A stretch of 64,000 nucleotides of DNA from a virus (taxonomy: Duplodnaviria > Heunggongvirae > Uroviricota > Caudoviricetes), in the IMG/VR virus record IMGVR_UViG_3300049049_000146, positions 227,216 through 291,215 of that record. The stretch is one strand, 5' to 3'. Below, piece after piece: positions 33,222-42,275 of this stretch. Both the position numbers and the translations under genes were made by a program. How positions within the stretch are numbered: position 1 is the first letter of the stretch; the number at the start of each line of letters is the position of its first letter. The notes under the pieces were generated by a model that was not told the origin of the DNA, did not search any database, and worked only from the letters and a program-made list of their open reading frames with translations.

Positions 33222-34124
33222 CTAAGGCAGGGGGTCGAAGTTCAGTGTGAGTGACTGAAGGTTGATTCCGGCTGACGCAGGGGTGCGGAACTCCAACGTC
33301 AACGCGTACAAGTCGCCCTCAGTAAATACCCCAGACGAGTAATCCACACTAACTGTCGAATCGACGAATGATACGGAAGGACTGATAGTTCCGCCCGTAA
33401 GCGACACAGCGTTACCATCCGTGTCAAGAAGCCCCACCAGCAGCTGACAGTTCGTATCGACCTGTGCGCGCACGACAAGCGAGACAGGACGGAACCGAGT
33501 CGCTGAGAGCGGGATCACAGCCACGGTAGATTCGTAGGCAGGAGGCACGGGGCCGAGTGCGCTTGTCTGCACGCGCGTGTACACCGTCATAGGTGCGGTA
33601 AATCCGTTACTTACGGTAGTGTTCGCACCAACAGCAGACGTAACCCACCGCGAAGTAAAAGGCGCGAGGTGTACATCAGGCTGAAGCTGAGGGAAATCAG
33701 CAGATTCACTCAGCACCTTACGCGCAGAAAAAACGAATGAAGATGCAAGCGGAACGGCGCCACCTGGGTGGCGGACCCACCCGAGAACGATGCCGTCCGG
33801 AATTGACGTAAGCTCGCCGGATTCAATCGCGTACACTGCAGCCTGTCCACCGATCACATCAGCGTCCACATGGCGTACGGTAATCGAGTACGTGGTCGCG
33901 GCAGCAGGGAGTACCGTGAAACGCAGCGTAGTTGGAACATCCTCACCAACAAGGATGCCAGAAGGCAAAAGAAGATAGCCCGTCGTCAACGTGATTACGT
34001 CAACGTCGGTTACGGTGAGATCGTACCCACGGTACACGCCAGGCTCGTGCAGCGCGAACTGTGCGATTGACGCGCGGCTCGACGTGAACGTATCACCGTA
34101 ATTCCAAATGCGGATCTGCGTCAT
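33222..34124 (-). CDS. Virion structural protein (baseplate/fibre-associated), 300 aa
   Basis: T/S/V/G-rich beta composition; N-terminus resembles that of the 1672-aa protein. Confidence 0.6.
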   Translation of the reverse strand: MTQIRIWNYGDTFTSSRASIAQFALHEPGVYRGYDLTVTDVDVITLTTGYLLLPSGILVGEDVPTTLRFTVLPAAATTYSITVRHVDADVIGGQAAVYAIESGELTSIPDGIVLGWVRHPGGAVPLASSFVFSARKVLSESADFPQLQPDVHLAPFTSRWVTSAVGANTTVSNGFTAPMTVYTRVQTSALGPVPPAYESTVAVIPLSATRFRPVSLVVRAQVDTNCQLLVGLLDTDGNAVSLTGGTISPSVSFVDSTVSVDYSSGVFTEGDLYALTLEFRTPASAGINLQSLTLNFDPLP

Positions 34125-35650
34125 GGAACTTCCTCAAAAAAGCCTACGACACGAACGATAACGTTCAGGAGTGTACCAGAGACAAACGTCGGAAGCAGTC
34201 TGATCTGTCGTCCGCCAGTGCCGCCGAGATAGATATCTACCGTTGCGGTCTGAGACACGTACTGTGTCATGTCAAAGTTGATGTTTCCCCAGTTCGTTGC
34301 GAATCCTGTGGCGGTACCTACGGACTGAACGCGAAGCGTTCCAAGTGTGCGCGTAGCAGTAGCGTTCGAAAGGTCAACCTGCAGTCGAACGAAATTCACA
34401 TGCGGGGGAATCGCTAGAGCAGACGAAGCGTCTTCAACGGTTACGTTCTGACCAGCAGCAGATACACCGCCATTGAATACGACGTTGTCGTTCGTACCAG
34501 CGAACACGTCACGCGCCCCGGTAACCGCGGTATACGTACCGGTACGAACGAAATCTCGGCAGCGCCAAACACCCGAACCAGAATCGTACATCTTGAACGA
34601 TGCAAGGTGGTAGGTGATGAGACTTGCCGACGTCCACGGCCGAGGAGCAACTACCCCAGCCGGGGCTGAAAATATACGTGCGCTGGTGCCGCTTACGGGA
34701 GGCAAATCGCTAATGAGTACCGATACATACCCCGAGGAAGGGTCTGGACGGTACGCATACAGGTAGAACCACTTGTCAGCGGCAGGAGCAATCGATGCGG
34801 GAAGAACCGTACTCCCCGTGATTGCCATGATAAATTCGCTGCTCGGAGCGAGCGCGAACATACCGGCACCAATCTGGTTCTTGAGTTCGCCTACATAGTC
34901 ACCAAGCAAAAGTCGTCCGGCGTTGATACGAATCGTATTGTCGTCGTTCACCGCCTTGACTGATGGCTGGGACGCCAAGTTCTGTCCGAAAGAAATCCCA
35001 GGAACAACGTTCTTCAAGAACTTACGATGGTCCTGAAGCCAGATGCTACCTGAGGCGGTTGTCGCACCCGACGGAACATACAGGACATGGATTGGGATCC
35101 ACGCCTGGTCTGGACGCAGAGCGGGGCACATCGCCGTGCCCGTGGCCGCCTGCACACCCGGGCGAATTCGTACCTGTACGCTGTTCGTCTGAAGCTTCGG
35201 AACTGGCGTCGGGACAAGACGACGACGTCCCGCAACTAATGCAAGGACTTCACGGGTCTCATTCGCAACTGAGCGCAGACCAGAAATCTCAACAACGTCA
35301 TAGCGTTCAAAGCCAATGCTCGGAGGCGAAACAGTCAACGTCGCAGCGGTCTCTAATGTAGCAACCTGGTAGTTGCTCTCGATCGTCGCATCAACACCAC
35401 CGAAAGCAATCGCCGCCATACCTGGAGCGATCGTGACGTTCATGTTCGTAGTGGAGCGCGTGATGTCAAAACCAGACAGAACGCACCCCGCCTGCACCTG
35501 ACCAGCGGTCAAGCCAGACGCGTTACCGAGCGTACGAAAAAGCTCACCCTCAATCAGGCGGTGATAGTCACGACGAGCGTAACTGACGTCGTCAAAGACA
35601 TCTTCGTTGACGATGACCTCTTGGTCGTTGTACCAAATGCGCTTCGACAT
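34121..35650 (-). CDS. Virion structural protein (tail/fibre-associated), 509 aa
   Basis: LSGFDIT...MNVTIAPGMA...RYDVVEI fibre-attachment-like N-terminal pattern; beta-rich. Confidence 0.6.
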   Translation of the reverse strand: MSKRIWYNDQEVIVNEDVFDDVSYARRDYHRLIEGELFRTLGNASGLTAGQVQAGCVLSGFDITRSTTNMNVTIAPGMAAIAFGGVDATIESNYQVATLETAATLTVSPPSIGFERYDVVEISGLRSVANETREVLALVAGRRRLVPTPVPKLQTNSVQVRIRPGVQAATGTAMCPALRPDQAWIPIHVLYVPSGATTASGSIWLQDHRKFLKNVVPGISFGQNLASQPSVKAVNDDNTIRINAGRLLLGDYVGELKNQIGAGMFALAPSSEFIMAITGSTVLPASIAPAADKWFYLYAYRPDPSSGYVSVLISDLPPVSGTSARIFSAPAGVVAPRPWTSASLITYHLASFKMYDSGSGVWRCRDFVRTGTYTAVTGARDVFAGTNDNVVFNGGVSAAGQNVTVEDASSALAIPPHVNFVRLQVDLSNATATRTLGTLRVQSVGTATGFATNWGNINFDMTQYVSQTATVDIYLGGTGGRQIRLLPTFVSGTLLNVIVRVVGFFEEVP

Positions 35651-35663
35651 GTTCTGCTCTCAA

Positions 35664-37901
35664 TCAGGTGAAGGTACCGTTGTCCCACGTGCCAACGTCG
35701 AACACGACAGAACCAGGATCGACACCCGGACCGTCTGTTACGTAAACGACAATCAGGCCCTTACACTGGCCGCTCACGACAACCTGCCACTTCACGAGAG
35801 GCGACGTTGCGGGCACAAGGTCGATCGTGAAGGCAGGCAACATGAATCCACCAAGAGGTACCCAGTTGGACCAGTTACCCGTGCCATCGAAATACCGGGC
35901 CAACATGTTGAAGTCGCGATCAGGTTCGATTGGGATGAATCTCAGTGCTTGAGGCGCGCTCAAGTGCGGAAGAACAGCGATAGGCTTACCGACGTACGTG
36001 TCAAAGCGGTCGAGACCTTCGAAGATCTTCCGCATCTTCGTTTTGGTGGGAGCGAGGCCACGAGCGAGGTCTGTATCGACGACTTCTGTCGAAATGAACC
36101 TTGGCTGGTCGAAATCCTCCACCCAAAAGTTGTACAGGTAGCCTGGGCGGTAAACGAGAGTGCCTTCCGCTGAGGCGAGACCCGCGGCAGCATACTTCGT
36201 GATCTTCGGAAGATGCATCGTCGTGTTGATCGGACGAATGTCTTCCAGGTCACAAACCTGAAGGCCGTCCCACACAACCTCAGCAACTGGAAGAAGGTCG
36301 GCAATCTCCTCCGTGTCGGTTGGGTTCACGTCCGCCAGAATCATCAACGCAGCGTCAGGGCCTGACGACACGTTATCCGTGACGATGAAGTTTGTAACGG
36401 ATGCGAAGTAATTCGTGGTGTACACGAACTGCAATGGGTTCTCAGAGCACGTACCAACCGCGGTGTCGACCCATGACGAGTTGAATTCGACGGTCTCAAC
36501 GATGGTTGACCCGCCCGAATCCTTGCCCGTAATCTGGACGCGGACGAGCAAGCCAGGGCCCGCAACTGCCTGAGAGAGTGCGAGCTTCAGACGAGCAAGA
36601 CCCTTCATCGTCGTATCAAACGTTCGAAGAGAGGACCCAATATCCGTCAAGCGCTTGTAGCAGTAGATCGTCTGAGGATACCGCTCCATCAGACCATCCT
36701 TGTTCAGGTAGACGATGTAGCGCTGAGGTACGGGACCTGCGTCCTCGAACGTAAGTTCGGGGTTCGTGATCGTCGAAAGTGAAACACCACCCGCAATGAT
36801 CGCCTCACGGTCGTTAGGCTGACCAAATGTCAGGCTCGTGAGAGGAGATGTCGTCGGTGGTTCTGCTGCGTCTGCCGTCATGTATACGACAGTGACGTCC
36901 CTACCCGCTGCGTACTCGTCGGTCGGCAGGAAGAAAATGATGTTCTTGCGAGGAATTTGAACCGGAGCCAAATCAGCGCCGAGTTCAGAGTCAGTCGCAC
37001 GAAGAACAAGCGTAGGGAACTTGCTGGTGCGGAAGTACCAAGCGTCACGAATGCCAGTAACGTCACCCGTAACATCCTGGGTGATCGCTCCAGAGAGAAT
37101 CTCTTCGACGCAAACCTTACCAGGAAGCTTCGAGAGGCTCTGGTCCTTCGAGACAATTACGCCATGATCGAGGTGTAGCTGGAACAGCGTGAACCCGCTG
37201 GTGGCTGCCAGGTCATTCAGCGAAAGCGCATGCGGATTGTTCTCCGTCTTTACGCCAGTGCCCAGATAAGAGCGATGCTGTACGTCCGCAGCAGAGAACC
37301 ACGGCCTATTAACCGTCAACGTACTACGCGTCATGTCAATGACGAGCGTGGTTGTCGTCCCTCCACCTGAAGCAACAACTTCCTGCACAGTGATTAGCGC
37401 CAAGGGAATCGTCTTGGCCCGCTCGTCTGCCGTCAACGCGTCGTAGTCGGATCGGGTTGTGATGCGAATGTAGTCCGCAGGTGACGCAAGGAACGTCACC
37501 TGCGTGTTCGCCAGCGTTTCGTAGCGCGTCAGCTTCGGACGAGTCTCAAGCTCGGAGAAGTACAGGTAAACGATGCTCTTCGTACCGATACCACCAGGCA
37601 CAGAAAGTCGAGTAGAAGTCGCGTCTAGAACAATGACTTCACCGCTCTGGAATACGGCGGTACCTCCCTGAACGTCGACCGTTGCGGGGTCGGTGGGGTT
37701 GATAGAAACGGCGAACGGACGAGTATCTGAAGTGAGCGCTGAAGATGGATCTTGCTTATCCACGATACCGAAGGCATTGACTTCAGGGTCAATGCCTCCG
37801 AACATCAAAGTCGTGCGCTTCAGGATCTCGTCGATCCACACTTCCCTCTCGTATTCGAGAAGGTCAAGCGTAATTGGTGCTGGGAAGAGAATCCTACGCA
37901 T
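35664..37901 (-). CDS. Virion structural protein (baseplate/tail), 745 aa
   Basis: VDVQGGTAVFQSGEVI and HRSYLGTG..TENNPHAL patterns typical of large-myovirus tail proteins; cluster context. Confidence 0.6.
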   Translation of the reverse strand: MRRILFPAPITLDLLEYEREVWIDEILKRTTLMFGGIDPEVNAFGIVDKQDPSSALTSDTRPFAVSINPTDPATVDVQGGTAVFQSGEVIVLDATSTRLSVPGGIGTKSIVYLYFSELETRPKLTRYETLANTQVTFLASPADYIRITTRSDYDALTADERAKTIPLALITVQEVVASGGGTTTTLVIDMTRSTLTVNRPWFSAADVQHRSYLGTGVKTENNPHALSLNDLAATSGFTLFQLHLDHGVIVSKDQSLSKLPGKVCVEEILSGAITQDVTGDVTGIRDAWYFRTSKFPTLVLRATDSELGADLAPVQIPRKNIIFFLPTDEYAAGRDVTVVYMTADAAEPPTTSPLTSLTFGQPNDREAIIAGGVSLSTITNPELTFEDAGPVPQRYIVYLNKDGLMERYPQTIYCYKRLTDIGSSLRTFDTTMKGLARLKLALSQAVAGPGLLVRVQITGKDSGGSTIVETVEFNSSWVDTAVGTCSENPLQFVYTTNYFASVTNFIVTDNVSSGPDAALMILADVNPTDTEEIADLLPVAEVVWDGLQVCDLEDIRPINTTMHLPKITKYAAAGLASAEGTLVYRPGYLYNFWVEDFDQPRFISTEVVDTDLARGLAPTKTKMRKIFEGLDRFDTYVGKPIAVLPHLSAPQALRFIPIEPDRDFNMLARYFDGTGNWSNWVPLGGFMLPAFTIDLVPATSPLVKWQVVVSGQCKGLIVVYVTDGPGVDPGSVVFDVGTWDNGTFT

Positions 37902-37910
37902 GAGTACCCT

Positions 37911-39746
37911 TCAGGTGGCTAGGAGCCCTGCGTTGAAGCGCGAGTAAAGGTCAGTCTGAACTCGTAGATAGGTAAGACGCAGCCAATTAGGTTTTGCGAA
38001 CGCTGGACCACTCGCCCATACATTTCGGCCGGTTACCTTCGCGATCGTAGCATGAGAAATGAAGGCAGCGGTCTCGATGCCCCTGATTTCCCAGCTTTCC
38101 ATATCGATTCTTGTGTTCGCTTGAGGCGAGCCGGGCGTCACCTCCGAGTCAAACAGAATGTGAATACGCTTGATGGGTTCACTCCCCTGCGGAAAATCAA
38201 TGTTCACCGAAGTGGTTACACCCGCGGGCAAGAACAAACCACCACGAGGGGGCGGAGGTGGAAGCGGAGCACCAGGGGCGCGCGTAGTGAATGGAGTCAG
38301 AATCGAGTTCGGCTCCAGGTGTACGATCATGTAGCAATCGTTCTGCGGCGTCACCTGCACGCGCCAGCCCTCAAAGCCGTCTGCGTTATGGGTGATCTCC
38401 GGAACGCAAGTGAAATGAAGGTGGAACTTACCTTCGTCGTTGGTGAATGCCACGAAGGTGTTGTTCGTGCGGCTGTAATTCAACTTACCTGCCGAGAGAT
38501 CCCAGAACAGAAAACTGTCAGGAGAGATCGCTACGTTGTAGATGAGCGTATTCTTGCCGTCATCGAACGACGTGATCGCTGAGCCTGCAGCGCTGTACAG
38601 CGTAACGATGTCCTTCTCCTCAACATCAAGGTCTTCAAAGAAGGAGCCGCTAAGCCGATCGTACAAGAAAGGCCCAATGTTGGCCTCAGTAATCGGGATG
38701 TTCGGCAGCGGGCGTCTCTCTGATTCGTACGAAGGATACGCACGAAGGTAAAGCTGGTCTGTGCGACCATTCTCTAGAGTGTCTGGAATTCCTACGTCAA
38801 TCGTAATCTGGTACGTACGACGTCCGTCAGGAAGAGTGCCCGAAGCAACAGCGGCCACCACATCATACTCGAAGAACTTGTAGTTGATTACGTCGCCGGG
38901 GTAGATTGGATGATCGCTGTGGACTACGAAGGTGGTCACCACCGAAAGCTGAGCCCAGGTCAACCGATTACCGGCGATAGCGGGCACAGCGGTAGGATCG
39001 GCGATTGTCGATGAATCGTCAGAACTGGTGCACACCCACGACGTGCCGCCATTGACTGTGCCGCCACTGACGAAAACCTGAGCGCGGGCGGCACTAGTGC
39101 CGCCAACGAAATCGTCAGGACGCGTCCACGTGAAGACAGACACGACCCATACGCCATTTTCTTCAGGGTCAAGCTGACCAGTGAGAAGGACACGATCACC
39201 AGCTGATGTGACAACATCATCAATGGTGGGTTCACCAGTGAGCGCTTGGTTCGCCGTAGCGACCGCCACGACAGACCCACGTGGGTCGAGGTTTCGAACG
39301 TAGTCGTCAGAGACCGGATTCGTCGACGGAGGTGGAGAGAAGGTACCGTTTAACTCCAGCGGGTGACCGTAGAGGTCGACGACCGTTCCGGTAGCGTAGC
39401 TGGTAATGAGATTCTCAGTCAGAAGAACTGATCTTCCATCGTCAACGATGTCATCAACGTATACGAAAGACCGCTCGTCCACACGAAGCTTACTTCCAGG
39501 CACAATCCAGCTGATGATGTCTGAAAGGGTCAAACGCGGTGTGTGCGCTGAGGCGGGCGTAGCAAGGGTCGTCTGGTTATCAGGGAGCCAGATAGGCAAA
39601 GGGCTACCTACCTTCCTGGCGAAACGGAGACGACCGGACAAAAAGATGTCAAGCGGATGTGCAATTCCGCGCATCTTGACGAACCCCGCGTTATAGCTGG
39701 GGAGCTTGCCGTTGACTAGCTCGAAGATTTTCCTGACGCGGCCCAT
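37911..39746 (-). CDS. Virion structural protein with embedded fibre-associated module, 611 aa
   Basis: Internal VAVATANQALTGEPTIDDV..AGDRVLLTGQ...ENGVWVV...WTRPDD module common in phage fibre proteins. Confidence 0.65.
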   Translation of the reverse strand: MGRVRKIFELVNGKLPSYNAGFVKMRGIAHPLDIFLSGRLRFARKVGSPLPIWLPDNQTTLATPASAHTPRLTLSDIISWIVPGSKLRVDERSFVYVDDIVDDGRSVLLTENLITSYATGTVVDLYGHPLELNGTFSPPPSTNPVSDDYVRNLDPRGSVVAVATANQALTGEPTIDDVVTSAGDRVLLTGQLDPEENGVWVVSVFTWTRPDDFVGGTSAARAQVFVSGGTVNGGTSWVCTSSDDSSTIADPTAVPAIAGNRLTWAQLSVVTTFVVHSDHPIYPGDVINYKFFEYDVVAAVASGTLPDGRRTYQITIDVGIPDTLENGRTDQLYLRAYPSYESERRPLPNIPITEANIGPFLYDRLSGSFFEDLDVEEKDIVTLYSAAGSAITSFDDGKNTLIYNVAISPDSFLFWDLSAGKLNYSRTNNTFVAFTNDEGKFHLHFTCVPEITHNADGFEGWRVQVTPQNDCYMIVHLEPNSILTPFTTRAPGAPLPPPPPRGGLFLPAGVTTSVNIDFPQGSEPIKRIHILFDSEVTPGSPQANTRIDMESWEIRGIETAAFISHATIAKVTGRNVWASGPAFAKPNWLRLTYLRVQTDLYSRFNAGLLAT

Positions 39747-39754
39747 AAGACTCC

Positions 39755-40804
39755 TCAGCAGTAATCGGTGTCGAAAGGAAGTGCGATAGAGCGAATCTCC
39801 TGCGCAAGACGCGCGAGCTTCGAACCGTTGTACGAAGAGCTTGTGAACAGACCCTTCGGCGTCTCACGTCGCTCAGTCACACGGCGAGACGGTCGCTTCG
39901 GGGCTTCTTCATCCTGAAGTAGGAGTTCGAGCATCTGCTGTTCGTCCGCTGCGGGAGATTCAACAGGGGCTTCCTCTTCGAAGAGACCAGCGGGCGGACG
40001 CTTCTTTTGAGGCGCAACGCGAGGGTCTTCGAAAAGGCCGGCAGGTGGACGCTTAGGCGGAGCTTTACGCGGGGGTGACGTATCAGGCAGCTGAGATTCC
40101 GGTGCGGGCTCAGGCTCTGGTGTCTGGTCCTGATCGTCTTTTGTAGGAGGCTCTTCTGTCTTTGGCGTCTTCTTCGGTGCCTTCTTCTTGGGCTTCTTCT
40201 CCTTGACGGGAAGAGGCTTGGGATCCGGCTTCTCGGGAGGCGAAATCTCAGGGGAGATTTCAGGGAGGTCGGGAGTCACCTCAAGCTCAGGCTCCTCCAC
40301 CTGCCTGTCCTCAAGTGGCTCCTCGCTCCAATTCTCAATCGCATCCTTCAACGCGACGACAATGTGCTTGCAGCCCATACCGATTCCACGGGGATTCGTA
40401 GAATCCGCAGACTGCCCATTGCTGTGAATGATGTCAGATGAGCCGTAACGAGTCAGTGCCCATTCGCACACGTACCTAAAGTGCTCACAGCTGCACGTGA
40501 CCCACACAGGAGTGTCGGAGCCCGGACGACCAGGTGTGGTCTCTTCATTCTTGAGGCCAGGCTTCTCTGGCCCGGCCCAGCAAAGAATCACCTGCTTCGG
40601 CGTTCCGTACTTCTTCGATTCGGGGCACTGAACACGATAGAATTGGCGGTACACCGTGCCCAGCTGCGAAAGCTTGCGGTACTTCTTCGGCGCCTTCCAG
40701 TCGTCTCCGTCTTTTAACAGGGAAACGTCGTAGCAGCCCTCAGCTGCATCCATCACCTTCGGAGGCGTGTTTCCGATGATGTCTTTGGCCGTAAGAACGC
40801 GCAT
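39755..40804 (-). CDS. SWIM-type zinc finger protein with P/E/K-rich tail, 349 aa
   Basis: VTCSCEHFRY...TNPRGIGMGCKH (CxC...CxH). Confidence 0.75.
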   Translation of the reverse strand: MRVLTAKDIIGNTPPKVMDAAEGCYDVSLLKDGDDWKAPKKYRKLSQLGTVYRQFYRVQCPESKKYGTPKQVILCWAGPEKPGLKNEETTPGRPGSDTPVWVTCSCEHFRYVCEWALTRYGSSDIIHSNGQSADSTNPRGIGMGCKHIVVALKDAIENWSEEPLEDRQVEEPELEVTPDLPEISPEISPPEKPDPKPLPVKEKKPKKKAPKKTPKTEEPPTKDDQDQTPEPEPAPESQLPDTSPPRKAPPKRPPAGLFEDPRVAPQKKRPPAGLFEEEAPVESPAADEQQMLELLLQDEEAPKRPSRRVTERRETPKGLFTSSSYNGSKLARLAQEIRSIALPFDTDYC

Positions 40805-40837
40805 CGCTAGGCGTAAATAACCGTCGCGTCCACTAGG

Positions 40838-41125
40838 TCAATCAACCTTCGGCTCAAACCAGGCAACAACCGTGTCCATGGCGTAGCTGAACGCCGCGGC
40901 AGCGAAACTGTGCCCGAGAAGAGCGCCGAGACCTGAAAAACTTACCTCAACAGGGAACAGAAGAAGAAATGACGCCCACCCTGCGTGAAAGCCCGTGCAA
41001 AACGGACAAGAAAGGAGGTCGCGCAGAAACGCGGAGCGCTGAAGAAATTCACGAGGCTTCGCGAAAATCTTCGAACTGCAGACGGTGAAGGTGATGCCGT
41101 AGGCACACAGAAGGAATAGAAGCAT
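40838..41125 (-). CDS. Small membrane protein with CxxC (DUF1360-like), 95 aa
   Basis: Three hydrophobic segments; LLSCPFCTGFHAGW. Confidence 0.65.
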   Translation of the reverse strand: MLLFLLCAYGITFTVCSSKIFAKPREFLQRSAFLRDLLSCPFCTGFHAGWASFLLLFPVEVSFSGLGALLGHSFAAAAFSYAMDTVVAWFEPKVD

Positions 41126-41156
41126 ACGTAGTGTATAGCACGTATGTGGCTAGAGG

Positions 41157-42269
41157 TCAGTGCACCACAGGGAATCGCCCGACCCGGCCGTAATAGTGAT
41201 TGCCCCCGCCGTGGCTCGCCCCAATCGTCAACGCAGTACCGCCTGGAAGTGCCGAACCTGCGTGGGCCAAAAGAGCGTTGCCTGTGGTGAACCCCGACAA
41301 CGTCGCGCCAGTATTAGGCACGTAATCAACGCCCACCGACTGGTACCTGGAAAATGTGACAGCCTGAGACGCGACGACCGCACCGCCGCGGGCTAGTGCG
41401 ACCTCACAAGCCCCTGCATTGTGCCGGAAATAGATCAGGTCGTTCGCGCCCACCGCGAAAATCACGAGCGCACCGATCGTCCCGTCGATCACATCCTGCG
41501 ACGAGAACTCTGGACGCAGCGCAAATGCCGCTCCGTTCGTGAGTAAAGCTGGAGGAATTGAACCAGATGGGATCGTAAGAAGGTCCGCTTGCCGCGTAGC
41601 GACAGAGCCACCCGCACGAATGTACGAGGATGGAAATGCTGCGCGTTCGAGTTGTATGCCCCACGCGAAGATCGACCGTGCAACTGCGTCGCTCGCGTTC
41701 ATCGGAGTGCGAAGGGACAGATTCGTCCCTCCTACGCCAACGCTCATCGAGAGGGCATACCGAGCCCACGCAGTAGTTACATCCAGGTCAGCACTCGCAG
41801 TATCGATGGCTGCCTTATCACGAACATCGATTCGAAATTTCTGGGCGGACAAAGCGCGAGCAAAGACTGAAACAGCTATGCGTTCATTATCCGTCCAGCC
41901 AGCAGAGCCAGACACACCGAAGACCATTCTGGCTGCTTGAAGCGCACTGAATGCGATAGTGTCAGCATCCGCGCCTCCATCAGGCGCAGTGTCCGTATCG
42001 CCAGTTGCCGTTGCATTGCTCCCAGTCCACGTCGTAGTGAAATCCTCTGAAGGGGCCGCGTAGTTGATGCGGCTCCCTTCGACTAGAATCCAATCTCCTG
42101 CGTCCCTAGCGTCAAGTCGAATCACTCCAGATGATTCCCACGTACCGGAGTTAGGGCCCGTCCAACGCCATGCTTCCGACGCACGAGTAAGCGAACCGGA
42201 CATTAAGTCGAATCCGCTTGACTGGATGCGGCGTCGACCCTGCATTGCTGCTGCGCCTGCGCGACTCAT
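41157..42269 (-). CDS. Fibre/spike-associated protein with carbohydrate-binding-like fold, 370 aa
   Basis: ILVEGSRINY...SEDF..W and WGIQLE...FPSSYI...TRQAD motifs of phage spike/fibre domains. Confidence 0.65.
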   Translation of the reverse strand: MSRAGAAAMQGRRRIQSSGFDLMSGSLTRASEAWRWTGPNSGTWESSGVIRLDARDAGDWILVEGSRINYAAPSEDFTTTWTGSNATATGDTDTAPDGGADADTIAFSALQAARMVFGVSGSAGWTDNERIAVSVFARALSAQKFRIDVRDKAAIDTASADLDVTTAWARYALSMSVGVGGTNLSLRTPMNASDAVARSIFAWGIQLERAAFPSSYIRAGGSVATRQADLLTIPSGSIPPALLTNGAAFALRPEFSSQDVIDGTIGALVIFAVGANDLIYFRHNAGACEVALARGGAVVASQAVTFSRYQSVGVDYVPNTGATLSGFTTGNALLAHAGSALPGGTALTIGASHGGGNHYYGRVGRFPVVH

Positions 42270-42275
42270 GTTACC

